Assembly (NCBI GenBank): GCA_020137815.1
Contig: CM035358.1
Location: 7,068,001 to 7,132,000 of the forward strand
From: Hormiphora californensis
Taxonomy: Eukaryota > Animalia > Ctenophora
Direction of reading: 5' to 3'
Length of the DNA: 64,000 nt
Positions 12,493-24,480 of this stretch are shown here, piece by piece. Within the stretch, counting starts at the first letter, position 1; each line of letters opens with the position of its first letter. The notes beneath the pieces are model-generated. The model did not search any database, had not been told where the DNA came from, and was given only the letters and a program-made list of their open reading frames with translations. The translations under genes and the position numbers were made by a program.

Positions 12493-14186
12493 TCAGTTCT
12501 TGCTGAGGGGCAATAGATTCCTGAGTGAGTCCCAGCTTTCACAACACAGAGTGTCGTTCATAAGACAGGATAGAGGCGGCCTTGTTATAATACGTCTAGA
12601 TAATACCAATTACCATCGATCCCGTACTCCGTTAGTCTGTCCTTCATATAACTATCAGAAAATAAATTACAGCCTTTTTTGTCACTAAATCATTTTCTCA
12701 GCAGCTACATCATTTTCTCAGTAAATGATCATTATACCATTTACATTCAGGTCCAATATAATTTCTACCATGATACTCATTGTGGCTTAAAGATTTAAAT
12801 ATATAACTTAACAACACCAGCTATTTAAGCACTGTAAACACATAGCAGACGTCTGCAGACGCTGCCGCACCGGTGCGAACAGAGGACAGTCTGATATGAG
12901 ACAACCAGCATTGTACCACAAACCATTTAACATTTGTTCGCAAACTTATCTAAACTTTGCTGAACGCAGGGAGTCATTTTCTCCGAGTCCAATTCAGACT
13001 ACTCACTTATCTCCCTAGCAGTTTTGACTGCACTCGAAACAGAGTATACTGCAATTACAAGAAGAACGAAAAACACGAACGCCCCACTCATTGCGTAGAG
13101 GGTGTAAAGGAGCTTCTTCCTTACCATCATCATTCCTTCCTCTGCTTCCTTCATTTCCATCTCCTTGTCACATTTGGTGAGACCGATAAAGGTGCGGTTA
13201 GAACACTTCACCGTCCTCTCCTCGCCCCCATCGGGACACACCTGGGTCACCTTGATGCCAGGCGGGATCTGTGTGAGAGCGAATCCAGTACGAATAGTTC
13301 CGGGATTCCCAGCTGTTGCTGTGTCGCAAGGCATGACATGGCTTGGTACGAAAAGCCCCTTCAATTGTGTGCTTCCCATGTTATCGTTCATCATAGTTTT
13401 AGTTGTACCAATTAACAGCGATATGTCAGTGGTGGTTCCGGGACCTAAGATGCTCAACTCAATTCCAAACTGTAGATCTTCAATGAGAACAACAACAAAA
13501 TTTTGAGTAGGATCAGTTGTTGCATTTTCCGAGCAGTTCGCTAGGGAGACCCTGGTTTCCGATGCGTGGGAAACTTCTCCGCTGTGAGCAAGGCAGAGAT
13601 CGGTGTATTTCACTCTCATTCTCACAAACATCGTGCCAGAGTTGAATAATGTCGGGCCCGCGCCTAACTCCTCCATCATCCAAACTAAGCTTTTTGGCCC
13701 AGAACATTTCCCCCATTTCAGCCACATTTCGTCCGATCTCGATAGACACACTCTGGACATTCCCTTTTTTAAGATTCGCTCAAACATGAAGTCCCCTCCA
13801 CGTGTCATGGCAATCACCTGAGGTATCTCGAGGGAATTGTAATACCCTTTGCTGATGATGCATGTGACGGAGGCTGTAAGGTAAACTGGAGACGGCCTAG
13901 CAGCAGAGTGTCCGAGATCAAACAGTGTACAATTCCGGGAAACCAGGTGAAATGTAATGGTAGTGCAGTTGTAGTACATGAGGCAGAGGTCAGCACAGGA
14001 TACAGGGTTGTCCGCGGTCACCGAGTAGACTGAGGGTGTCTGGTCGTGTTGAGCTGGTAGGCCCTGCTTGAAACAACCCATAAAGGGCGGATTGGTCCAG
14101 GGATCGGGCGTGATCGCGGCGATAGACACGGAGATAAGGGAGATTAATCCGAGGTATAGAATTGGTTGTGTTACAATACAATGCAT
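12493..14186 (-). CDS. Single-pass membrane protein: signal peptide, PAN/apple domain, possible ricin-B-like segment, C-terminal TM helix
   Basis: 395-aa ORF with hydrophobic N-terminus, CADLCLMYYNCTTITF...CTL (PAN cysteine pattern) and TM LLYTLYAMSGAFVFFVLLVIAVY. A donor at 13006 with probable small exons 12890-12842 and 12535-12493 gives a phase-consistent end ...IWDSLRNLLPLSKN*. Confidence 0.75.
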
Positions 14187-14909
14187 TGGGTAACAAATAG
14201 CGCTTCCGTGGCGTATGGTTGGTCAACAAACTACTTTAGCGATGTTCAACTATTAACTAAGTAACGCTACCGTGTCAAACAAAGCACAATATTCTCTATA
14301 TTTGGGTGAGTGGTGTCAGATAGTTCGGCACAAGTAAACAACCAATCAGAACTCGTTATTTAGGTCACGTGACTGGTTATCAGCCAATCAGGGACCAGTA
14401 ATTCACAATTCTCTATATATGGGTGAGTGGTTGGAGTTAGATCGGCAGGTCTGAGACCGCTAAGTGCGTTAATATATAAATTTAGAATATGTAGATTGTT
14501 TGGGTACACGCCCAGACCGCAGTAATTAGAACAAACTGAGCTACGGTTGGGGTTAAAATATTTAGAATTATTTAAAAGTATCTTGTGTTAGGTCACCAAC
14601 AACGCCCCCCCCCCCTGAAAAATATAATATGAACAATACAATCTTGATCTTATTCTATTGCGTTGAATTATTTAGAATTACGTAAACGTCTCTCCTTTTT
14701 TAATCCACCCTTTTCCAGAAAGTACCATCCCATTTTAACCCGCACTTTTCCAGGAAGTACCGACCCCTTTTCCAGGAAGTACCGTCCCCTTTTAAACCCC
14801 CCCTCCCTTTTACAGGAAGTACCGTCCCCTTTTCCAGGAAGTACCGTGCCCTTTTAAACACCCCTTTTTACAGGAAGTACCACCCCCTTTTAACCCCGCC
14901 CTTTTACAG

Positions 14910-17900
14910 GAAGTACCGTCCCCGACCAAGGAAATGGTAGAGCGAATTGACGCGAGTGTGAAGAGAGTAAAGAGTGCGGTTGTCAGCAGACTACAGACCC
15001 ATATGCCCAACAGACGACACAATAACAACCCCCAGTATATGGGGTGGTTGCTAAAAGCAAGGTAGGTACTCAGCAGATTGTACAATGTACATTGTACATT
15101 GTACATTGTACTTACTGGTAAGTGGTAAGTAAGTAACTAGTAATTAAGTAACTAGTAAGTAACTAACTAAGTAGTTATCACACCGCTCAAAGAGCTTGGT
15201 AGAACGTCGGCTTAGTATCACCAACCAACCAACCAACCAACTAAGTAGTTATCTACTCGTCATATATTTCGGGTGGTCTCTAAACTAGACACCTCCTTGC
15301 CTAGCTAGACTGTGTAAAGGAGGGTTAGAACATAACAAACACCTCCTTCTGCATGATAGAAGTAGAACCACTTTTGTCGTTCAGCATTTTCTAGCTATTA
15401 TAATGCGCTTTCTTTCAAATTGGAATTTAATTTAATTATAGATGGGAACATATTATTGACTGATTAACTGATATCGCCCATATATATCTAGGTTGGAACC
15501 ATTACTGGTAACGCGGTGTTCCCGTACCCCCAGTGTCCACCAGTGCAATGGAATATCCCCCACTTCATCGAATAGGGTATGTGTTGCAGTGTTTGATGTG
15601 GGTGGGAGAAAAGAAATGTGGGTGACTATAACAGCTGACTAGAGAAGGGACTAGCTGTTAAATTCATAACTTTCATCTCAGCTAAAACATTATACTACCG
15701 GCCGATGTTATGTGGATCACGCCACGTTGCTGTTTCGTTGGAATTAATATTATAGGAACTAGTACTGTATTATAGGAACTAGTATAGGATGTGTTAGCAT
15801 TACGTCATGCTGTAAACGGGGGCGGTGAGGGATATCAGAATATTACTCAAAATAAGATTTCCATCTTATTTTTCTAAGTACGATATCTCTCTCTCTCTAA
15901 CTTGAGTGATGGGAGAGGGCTGTGTAATACCCCCATGCGGTGAGCTGATGAGATGGATAGTGCGGTTACTAGGGTGTACTGTCGGACCCCGATTTACCGG
16001 GATACTCGGGTCGAAATACTGTTAATTTCCGGTAAATCGGGGTCCGACAAGCTGTACTGGTTACACATGTACACACACCTCCTTTTACTTATAGTTAGCC
16101 CGTACTAACAAATCATGGAGTGGGTTACGAAACTCTAATTTGGGATAATTATACCCTTATATCAAAGAAGGCTGCTATTATAAATTAAAACCTACCCCAC
16201 AGTCTCCTGTCTCTTGATCGAAGACTCAAACAGATATAATTATCACCCCACGTATCATACCCTTTATTCTAGAATCTCACTCCCTCCCTATCCTGCAGAG
16301 AAGAGTACAAGAAGGACGAGGACGAGGCAAGCAGGTGCCAATGACAGTGATGAAAGGTGAGTGTGTTTTTTACTAAACTGCTGCTTTTCTGTCCCTTGTT
16401 GGTGGAAGCAATTTTAATATCTGATTCTGGTACACACACGCCATTTGTACAATTATACACACACACACACACACAAACACACACATACCTATACGGGCAA
16501 AAATAAATTGACCATGATGGAGCAGGTGTCAGATATTTGTTTTACACCTGTCTACCTGTATGTCTACCTGTCTTTACACATGTCTAACTGTCTTTACACA
16601 TGTCTTGTGTATGTAAAAAAACATTGAAGATTCTTTATTTATTATCCAAAAGCTTCAGTCAAGCCCATGCAAAGTATAGGACCGATCTTACCAACGCTTA
16701 CGGTTTTGACCTGTATAAATGCTCACAAAGACTCAAAAGTGCAACAAAGTAGCTCCATTGACCATTATACTTACCCATTGTATTCTACCTACTACTACAG
16801 GAATTGTATTGCCCCACACGGTACTATTCTGGAATTGTATTGCCCCACACGGTACTATTCTGGAATTGTATTGCCCCACACGGTACTATTCTGGAATTGT
16901 ATTGCCCCACACGGTACTATTCTGGAATTGTATTGCCCCACACGGTACTATTCTGGAATTGTATTGCCCCACACGGTACTATTCTGGAATTGTATTGCCC
17001 CACACGGTACTATTCTGGAATTGTATTGCCCCACACGGTACTATTCTGGAATTGTATTGCCCCACACGGTACTATTCTGGAATTGTATTGCCCCACACGG
17101 CACTATTCTGGAATTGCATTGCCCCACACGGTACTATTCTGGAATTGTATTGCCCCACACGGTACTATTCTGGAATTGTTTTGCCCCACACGGTACTATT
17201 CTGGAATTGTATTGCCCCACACGGTACTATTCTGGAATTGTATTGCCCCACACGGTACTATTCTGGAATTGTATTGCCCCACACGGTACTATTCTGGAAT
17301 TGTATTGCCCCACACGGTACTATTCTGGAATTGTATTGCCCCACACGGTACTATTCTGGAATTGTATTGCCCCACACGGTACTATTCTGGAATTGTATTG
17401 CCCCACACGGTACTATTCTGGAATTGTATTGCCCCACACGGTACTATTCTGGAATTGTTTTGCCCCACACGGTCCTATTCTGGAATTGTATTGCCCCACA
17501 CGGTACTATTCTGGAATTGTATTGCCCCACACGGTACTATTCTGGAATTGTATTGCCCCATACGGTACTATTCTGGAATTGTATTGCCCCACACGGCACT
17601 ATTCTGGAATTGTATTGCCCCACACGGTACTATTCTGGAATTGTATTGCCCCACACGGTACTATTCTGGAATTGTATTGCCCCACACGGTACTATTCTGG
17701 AATTGTATTGCCCCACACGGTACTATTCTGGAATTGTATTGCCCCACACGGTACTATTCTGGAATTGTTTTGCCCCACACGGTACTATTCTGGAATTGTA
17801 TTGCCCCACACGGTACTATTCTGGAATTGTATTGCCCCACACGGTACTATTCTGGAATTGTTTTGCCCCACACGGTACTATTCTGGAATTGTATTGCCCC

Positions 17901-20900
17901 ACACGGTACTATTCTGGAATTGTATTGCCCCACACGGTACTATTCTGGAATTGTATTGCCCCACACGGTACTATTCTGGAATTGTATTGCCCCACACGGT
18001 ACTATTCTGGAATTGTATTGCCCCACACGGTACTATTCTGGAATTGTATTGCCCCACACGGTACTATTCTGGAATTGTATTGCCCCACACGGTACTATTC
18101 TGGAATTGTATTGCCCACACGGTACTATTCTGGAATTGTATTGCCCCACACGGTACTATTCTGGAATTGTATTGCCCCACACGGTACTATTCTGGAATTG
18201 TATTGCCCCACACGGTACTATTCTGGAATTGTATTGCCCCACACGGTACTATTCTGGAATTGTATTGCCCCACACGGTACTATTCTGGAATTGTATTGCC
18301 CCACACGGTACTATTCTGGAATTGTATTGCCCCACACGGTACTATTCTGGAATTGTATTGCCCCACACGGTACTATTCTGGAATTGTATTGCCCCACACG
18401 GTACTATTCTGGAATTGTATTGCCCCCACACGGTACTATTCTGGAATTGTATTGCCCCACACGGTACTATTCTGGAATTGTATTGCCCCACACGGTACTA
18501 TTCTGGAATTGTATTGCCCCACAAGGGTACATGGAATTGTATTCCCCCCGGGTTATTCTGGTTTTTTCCCCAAACCCGGTTTACTTTCTGGAATGTTTTG
18601 CCCCAAACGGTCTTTTCCCTGATTTATTTTCCCCCACCTCTATTCTTTTATTTCCCCCACTCTTTCATTTCTTTTAATTGTCCCCTCCCTTTCTTTACCT
18701 CGCACTCTCTCTTTTCTCTTTTACCTTTCCCATTCTATGAGGGAAACTCTTTCTGACTTTCCACCTTCTTCTCTCTTATTCCTTATTCCATAAAATCCAA
18801 TCTCCAGCAAACTTTAACTGTTCCCCCTATCACCCAGTCTGGGCCTCTACCCTTCTCTCCCCATCTACAGAACAACGGTATGTTTCTGCCCCTCGCGAGC
18901 CCCAATCCTCTCTCTCTTATCAGCTCTCCTTACTCAATCCTCCTCTAGTTCTCAACCCATTCTCCTCTCTATCTTTTCCTCTCGTTCCGGGTCTTTCATT
19001 TCTCTCCCTCCCCTCTCCCTCTCCCCCCCCCACCCCATCCTCCTCTCTCCTCCCTCCCTCTCTCCCTCCCTCTCTCCATCATATCCGTCTTCTCTATTTT
19101 CTCTGATGGGGCCCTTCAGTCTCCCCATCCCTCTCTCTCTCTCAATGGATCATTGATGATCAGTGCATGTTGCCACGTATCATGTAGTACTACACCCCCC
19201 TCCTCCTCCTCAGTGCAGAGAATGATCTTCCTCCAAGGATTGGTCGCGGACTGGTGTTGCAAATAGTTTTTCTCTCTCCATCTCTCTGTTTTGTTATCAA
19301 GTATTCCTCCACCGACTGTGGTTGCAAATGGCAATTTCTCATTTGCGGCATACGGCGTCTAGACGGTATACCGTCTGGACGGGTTTCGGTGAAATCAGCT
19401 AAAAACGGTACCGAAAGTGCTTGAGACGGGTTATAGACGGTATCAGACGGTCTCTAGACGGGTTATAGACGGTATCAGACGGTGTTGCGACGGTATCAGA
19501 CGGTCTCTAGACGGTGTCTAGACGGTACCGTCCCGGCGTCTGGACGGCGTCTGGACGGTGTCTAGACGGTATCCGTCCGAAATTGAGACGGCACGTCTGA
19601 AAATTGTATCAGACGTTGAGACGGACTTTTAGAACTCCGTCTGTATTTCAGACGGAGTTTTAAAAGTACGTCTCAACTTGGCATTGCGGCCTTCGTTTGG
19701 TGCGCTTTGCGCGCCGGCAAGGGAGGGGTAACTTCGTTACCAACGTCTCAACGCAGTCTAAAGGAAAATCGATGAAAGTACCGTCTAGACAACGTCTCAA
19801 CTGAAACCGGTCAACATACCGTCTAAACAACGTCTAGACAACGTCTAAACAGAATCTCGCGATTCAGTTTCAAATACCGTCTAGACAACTTCTCCAGCAA
19901 TTTCGATAAGAATACCGTCTAAACAACGTCTAGACAACGTCTCAAATAATGATGTCTAGACTCGACCGTTTTCGAAGACCATTCTGGATTACCCATGCCA
20001 GTTGGAATTAGTGGTAGATGTGTGGTAGGCAGTCTAAAGAATTAAACTTCGCGCCTTACATTCATGAGACGACAATGGCGGGTTGCTGTTTCTTCTTACA
20101 TTCAGCCAAACTGTTTTGGTATCTCCACATTCACTCTTACATCCAGCTATCGCGTTGTAATACAACTGTGAGATACTGTTTATGGCTGATACTATGAGAC
20201 GTTGTTTAGACGGTATCTGTATCGGATTCGCTTAAGACGTTGTCTAGACGTTGTTTAGACGGTATTCGTATCGAAATTGCTAGAGAAGTTGTCTAGACGG
20301 TATTTGAAACTGAATCTCGAGATTCTGTTTAGACGTTGTCTAGACGTTGTTTAGACGGTATTTTGACCGGTTTCAGTTGAGACGTTGTCTAGACGGTACT
20401 TTCATCGATTTTCCTTTAGACTGCGTTGAGACGTACTTTTAAAACTCCGTCTGAAATACAGACGGAGTTCTAAAAGTCCGTCTCAACGTCTGGTACAATT
20501 TTCAGACGTGCCGTCTCAATTTCGGACGGATACCGTCTAGACACCGTCCAGACGCCGTCCAGACGCCGGGACGGTACCGTCTAGACACCGTCTAGAGACC
20601 GTCTGATACCGTCGCAACACCGTCTGATACCGTCTATAACCCGTCTAGAGACCGTCTGATACCGTCTATAACCCGTCTCAAGCACTTTCGGTACCGTTTT
20701 TAGCTGATTTCACCGAAACCCGTCCAGACGGTATACCGTCTAGACGCCGTCTAGACGGCGTTGCGACGCCGTCTAGACGCCGTATGCCGCAAATGAGAAA
20801 TTGCCGTTGCAAATATATAGTTGTTCTCACTCCATCTCTGTTTTGTTTTCCCCTTTCTCTGTTCTCTCTCCCACTCTCTGTATTTAACTGTTTTGTGGTC

Positions 20901-23759
20901 ATTATATTGCACCTACTCGCAGTCTAGTATTTGTATAGTAGTGTGACAGAACTGACTTGTTCAGCCTCAGCATGAGAGTAAACTTGATATATACTACATT
21001 GTTTTAATGTTTTATCCCTCAGTTAGGACAGCTACAGGGACGGGGGAACTAGTTAGACGAGAACCAGTACCATCCCCCAGAAAAGTAGGTACCTCGGCCC
21101 CTCCCGATCTGTGTCCCCCTCCTGATCTGTGTCCCCCTCCTGATCTGTGTCCCCCTCCTGATCTGTGTCCCCCTCCTGATCTGTGTCCCCCTCCCGATCT
21201 GTGTCCCCCTCCTGATCTGTGTCCCCCTCCTGATCTGTGTCCCCCTCCTGATCTGTGTACCCCTCCTGATCTGTGTACCCCTCCTGATCTGATCTGTGTC
21301 CCCCTCCTGATCTGTGTACCCCTCCTGATCTGTGTCCCCCTCCTGATCTGTGTCCCCCTCCTGATCTGTGTCCCCCTCCTGATCTGTGTACCCCTCCCGA
21401 TCTGTGTACCCCTCCTGATCTGTGTCCCCCTCCTGATCTGTGTCCCCCTCCTGATCTGCCGAACCCTCACAAAACGTGCTCGCTCTATGATGTCATAACA
21501 CCCCCCCCCCCTCAGAAATCGGGCATTGTGGTTTATTGATATCAGCCAACCTTCCTTTATCGATTTGGTACCTGATATTATATCGTTAAGTTTGTTTTGT
21601 TAACATTCTCGTTTTTGCAGGTTACCACGGCAACAGAAAGTCGCGAGTCATCTATCTATCTTGCAAGGAAGACCTACAGAAAAGGTGGGAGTTATATTTA
21701 CACACTTACATTAACACACTTACATTAACACATTTCCTAAGACATTTATGTTCTCTCTCTCGGCGCTCTATCGGCTATCCTTCCCTTTTCTATCTCTCTC
21801 GACTCTCTTTTGATTCTCTCTTTCTCTATTTTAATCTGTCTCTCTTTTACTCTGTCTCTCAGCATTGCCGTGCGTCCATATATTGCATGTGTAGATGTGG
21901 TATCTGTTGGCGACAGGCCACACAACTCCCGCAGAGTCTTGGAGTCGGTGCTGCGCGCGCGGTCGCCGAACAACTTGTTGTTAGAGTTGTGCGCGCTGAA
22001 TTTCCCACGCTTCGTCATGACACTCGATTCGACTCATCACAATCTCTCGTTTCCCGCTGAAATTTAGATAATTACTGCTCCTAATTACCGCAAATTCTAT
22101 ATCCTCCAGCTATGCCGATGAGTGGCCAATATCATCCAGTACGATCAGTAACGGTGGGAAAGAACATGCCCCTTGACACCCGATTCAAATGTCTCTCGGC
22201 CCAGTTTTGCGGGCATTACCACGTACCGGGCTCTGCTAAGAGCAAGGCCCCGCTACAAAACGTATTGTTACCAAGGTGAGGTTAATATCTCTGTTTAGTT
22301 GTGGTACTTTTAGTCTTTCCGCACAGTCTCTGAACGGAAAATAGATTCATCCAAGGGGCTCGCATGAACTGGTGGCGCCAGACCCAATTGTGATTCTCAA
22401 ACAAAGTGTGCTTTGATCGGTTCGGTACCCCCAGACAGGGGGATCCTAGAAACTGTTTTTTAACCTGACATTCTTTATCTCAAGGTACGGAATGTTTAAT
22501 GCAGAGGAGTGTTATGTATACGAACACGACTATACTGTACAGACGAACAAAAAGGCTGTTGTGGTCGGCAAGAATCAAAGGTACGATTTTATCTAGCCCT
22601 TTCTCTAATCTAACTAGTGCGTAATATTTCTTCCCTTTGCATGACTGGACCTACTTCTTTATAACCTTTTCCATAGTTACCAACTTAGCAACTTACCAGG
22701 AACCGACCGAATCAGGGAATACTGGTCCCTGATTGGCTGATAACCAGTCACGTGACCTAAATAACGAGTTCTGATTGGTTGTTTACTTGGTTCGGTCGGT
22801 TCCTGCAACTTACCCCTTTCCTTGGTTACTTGTTCCCTCAATCCTATAACTGATTACCCGCTCTCCCTCCAGTGACGGCTCGTTTAATGTTGAACTGGAT
22901 TACATGCTAGATAAATACGACAGTGATAACGAGGACCCGTCTCTACAGAGTCAAAATGATGTGCAGAAGATTGCCCGACGATACTATTCCGGTAGGTGCA
23001 TGTTTGTTTGTTTGTTTGTTTGTTTGTTTGTTTGTTTGTTTGTTTGTTTGTTTGTTTGTTTGTTTGTTTGTTTGTTTGTTTGTTTGTTTGTTTGTTTGTT
23101 TGTTTGTCTAGTGCTATGCAGCACTGGCTCGATTAGGCGACAGTCAGCGATTTACTTTATTTTTGTTGCAATTTCCATTCTTGTGGTCAAGCCTGTTAAT
23201 TGAAGACCCTGCATATATTGGGCGGAAAGAAGCACTTCCAAACATGTGTAAAGCTGTGAAGCATTATTTTCTCTCACCTTGGGTACCACCCAGACTTTTC
23301 AGGTGGTACCAGTGGTGGTGCGGATTGGGAGAAGATGGTGAGTTCTATTGCAGACGGGGCTCTAGATATGAGTGGATCACACAGGAGGAAACAGCCCAAA
23401 CACAGCACTAAACAGAGGTACAAACGTTGTATGTCAGCAGGAACCGACCGAACCAACAACCAATCAGAACTCGTTATTTAGGTCACGTGACTGGATATCA
23501 GCCAATCAGGGACCAGTATTTCCTGATTCGGTCGGTTCGTGTATGTCAGACAATCTTTTATCGTCCACCCCTTTCAACTTTACTACATATGTATATGAAT
23601 AATGTTTTTCCTATCTTTCACATACCCAAATTCATTGACTATTTAATTAATCAATTAAATATTTAATTACTATTCTCCCCACTAGGTCCCCTACGGTGTT
23701 CACCGAACAGAAGAAAGATACAAGAAGTAGTGGATGTAGTGTTAAACCAGCTGAGCTAG
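14910..23759 (+). CDS. Multi-exon gene of unknown function (partial model)
   Basis: Phase-consistent runs: 14910-15061 to 15492-15576; 21023-21088 to 21621-21684 to 21863-?; 22110-22275 to 22485-22580 to 22873-22991 to 23686-23759 (...YGMFNAEECYVYEHDY...IQEVVDVVLNQLS*). Likely further exons at 12031-12294 and 16272-16356. Several junctions unresolved. Confidence 0.6.
15297..15338 (+). mobile_element. 42-bp TTG...CAA micro-element with 8-bp TSD
   Basis: ACACCTCC on both sides; relatives at 41364-41419 and 43982-44049. Confidence 0.8.
16800..18540. repeat. 31-bp satellite, ~56 copies
   Basis: GGAATTGTATTGCCCCACACGGTACTATTCT head-to-tail, very homogeneous, degrading after ~18520. Confidence 0.97.
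19330..20805. mobile_element. 1476-bp foldback element, 9-bp TSD (Mutator/Foldback-like)
   Basis: GTTGCAAAT|GGCAATTTCTCATTTGCGGC...GCCGCAAATGAGAAATTGCC|GTTGCAAAT; ~600-bp arms built of GTCTAGAC-type subrepeats. Confidence 0.92.
21100..21458. repeat. 18-bp minisatellite, ~20 copies
   Basis: CCCTCCTGATCTGTGTCC, starting ~10 nt after the donor at 21089. Confidence 0.95.
22697..22805 (-). mobile_element. 109-bp hAT-like MITE carrying CCAAT boxes and an E-box
   Basis: TIR CAGGAACCGACCGAA / TTCGGTCGGTTCCTG; 8-bp TSD CAACTTAC. Confidence 0.92.
23002..23107. repeat. (GTTT)n microsatellite
   Basis: ~26 perfect units. Confidence 0.97.
23438..23541 (+). mobile_element. hAT-like MITE, same family as 22697
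   Basis: 8-bp TSD TATGTCAG; partial copies at ~14330-14400 and 36794-36898. Confidence 0.9.
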
Positions 23760-23917
23760 ATGATCATAATATTGACCGTGAGTGTTTTCTGTTGCAGTGT
23801 TGTGAACTTCTGTCAGAGCATTGGCGGAGCGCACGAGAACTGTGGTCAGAGCATTGGCCTGACAGGTGAACTTTCAAATAATGGAAGAAATTGAATAATT
23901 CTGTGTTATAGAATCCT

Positions 23918-24112
23918 CGATGTCTGATGAATTCCTTACCTTGGTTATATGATAGACCAAGGCAGACATATCACAAGCGAAGGGCCCTCCAATGTGCACT
24001 GCTCTCCCTTGAATTTTCAAGGGAGTTCGTACGGAGGGTTCCAGGCTATGCCGTCTATACCCGGGTGGTATGAGACTCGGTACGCTTCAGCTAAATGTCC
24101 CAAAAAAATATG
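23918..24112 (+). mobile_element. 5'-truncated retroposon (SINE or LINE 3' end)
   Basis: 10-bp TSD ATAGAATCCT, A-rich tail; last ~60 bp shared with 50453-50522. Confidence 0.7.
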
Positions 24113-24480
24113 ATAGAATCCTTCAGCCGCCCTGCTCGACCCTTTCTCACTGCACCCCTCGATCAAACTAACATCTCTTCTGTAACAGGTGGTAGTGATA
24201 TAGTTTGGTATGATGTGAACTCCCTACGACACGCGGTCGGTTGAGAGACACCATTGAATATCAAATCTATCAAGAGGAGCCACAGTATACCGGCCACATC
24301 GATCTCCGATCAAGGACTCCGGCACAACGATCATGTTATATTTTGATTGTGACAATATAAATTGACTTGTTGAGGGTTGTGAGAAGACAGAGAAGTCAGG
24401 ACATTTTTGAAATGGTGTAGGATGAACAATGTTGAAACAATGGTGTTGGTCTGAGCACATGAACTGGCATCTCCATGGGT

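Noticed and set aside
16667-18756. Three overlapping ~650-aa ORFs; CRISPR-like appearance
   Set aside because: Produced by a stop-free 31-bp satellite read in all frames. There are no unique spacers and no cas genes.
21007-21498. PPDLC / RRGTQI repeat proteins
   Set aside because: Translation of an intronic 18-bp minisatellite beyond a splice donor.
23274-23408. Possible minus-strand exon nested in an intron
   Set aside because: Flanked by AG/GT but has no recognisable product or linked start codon.
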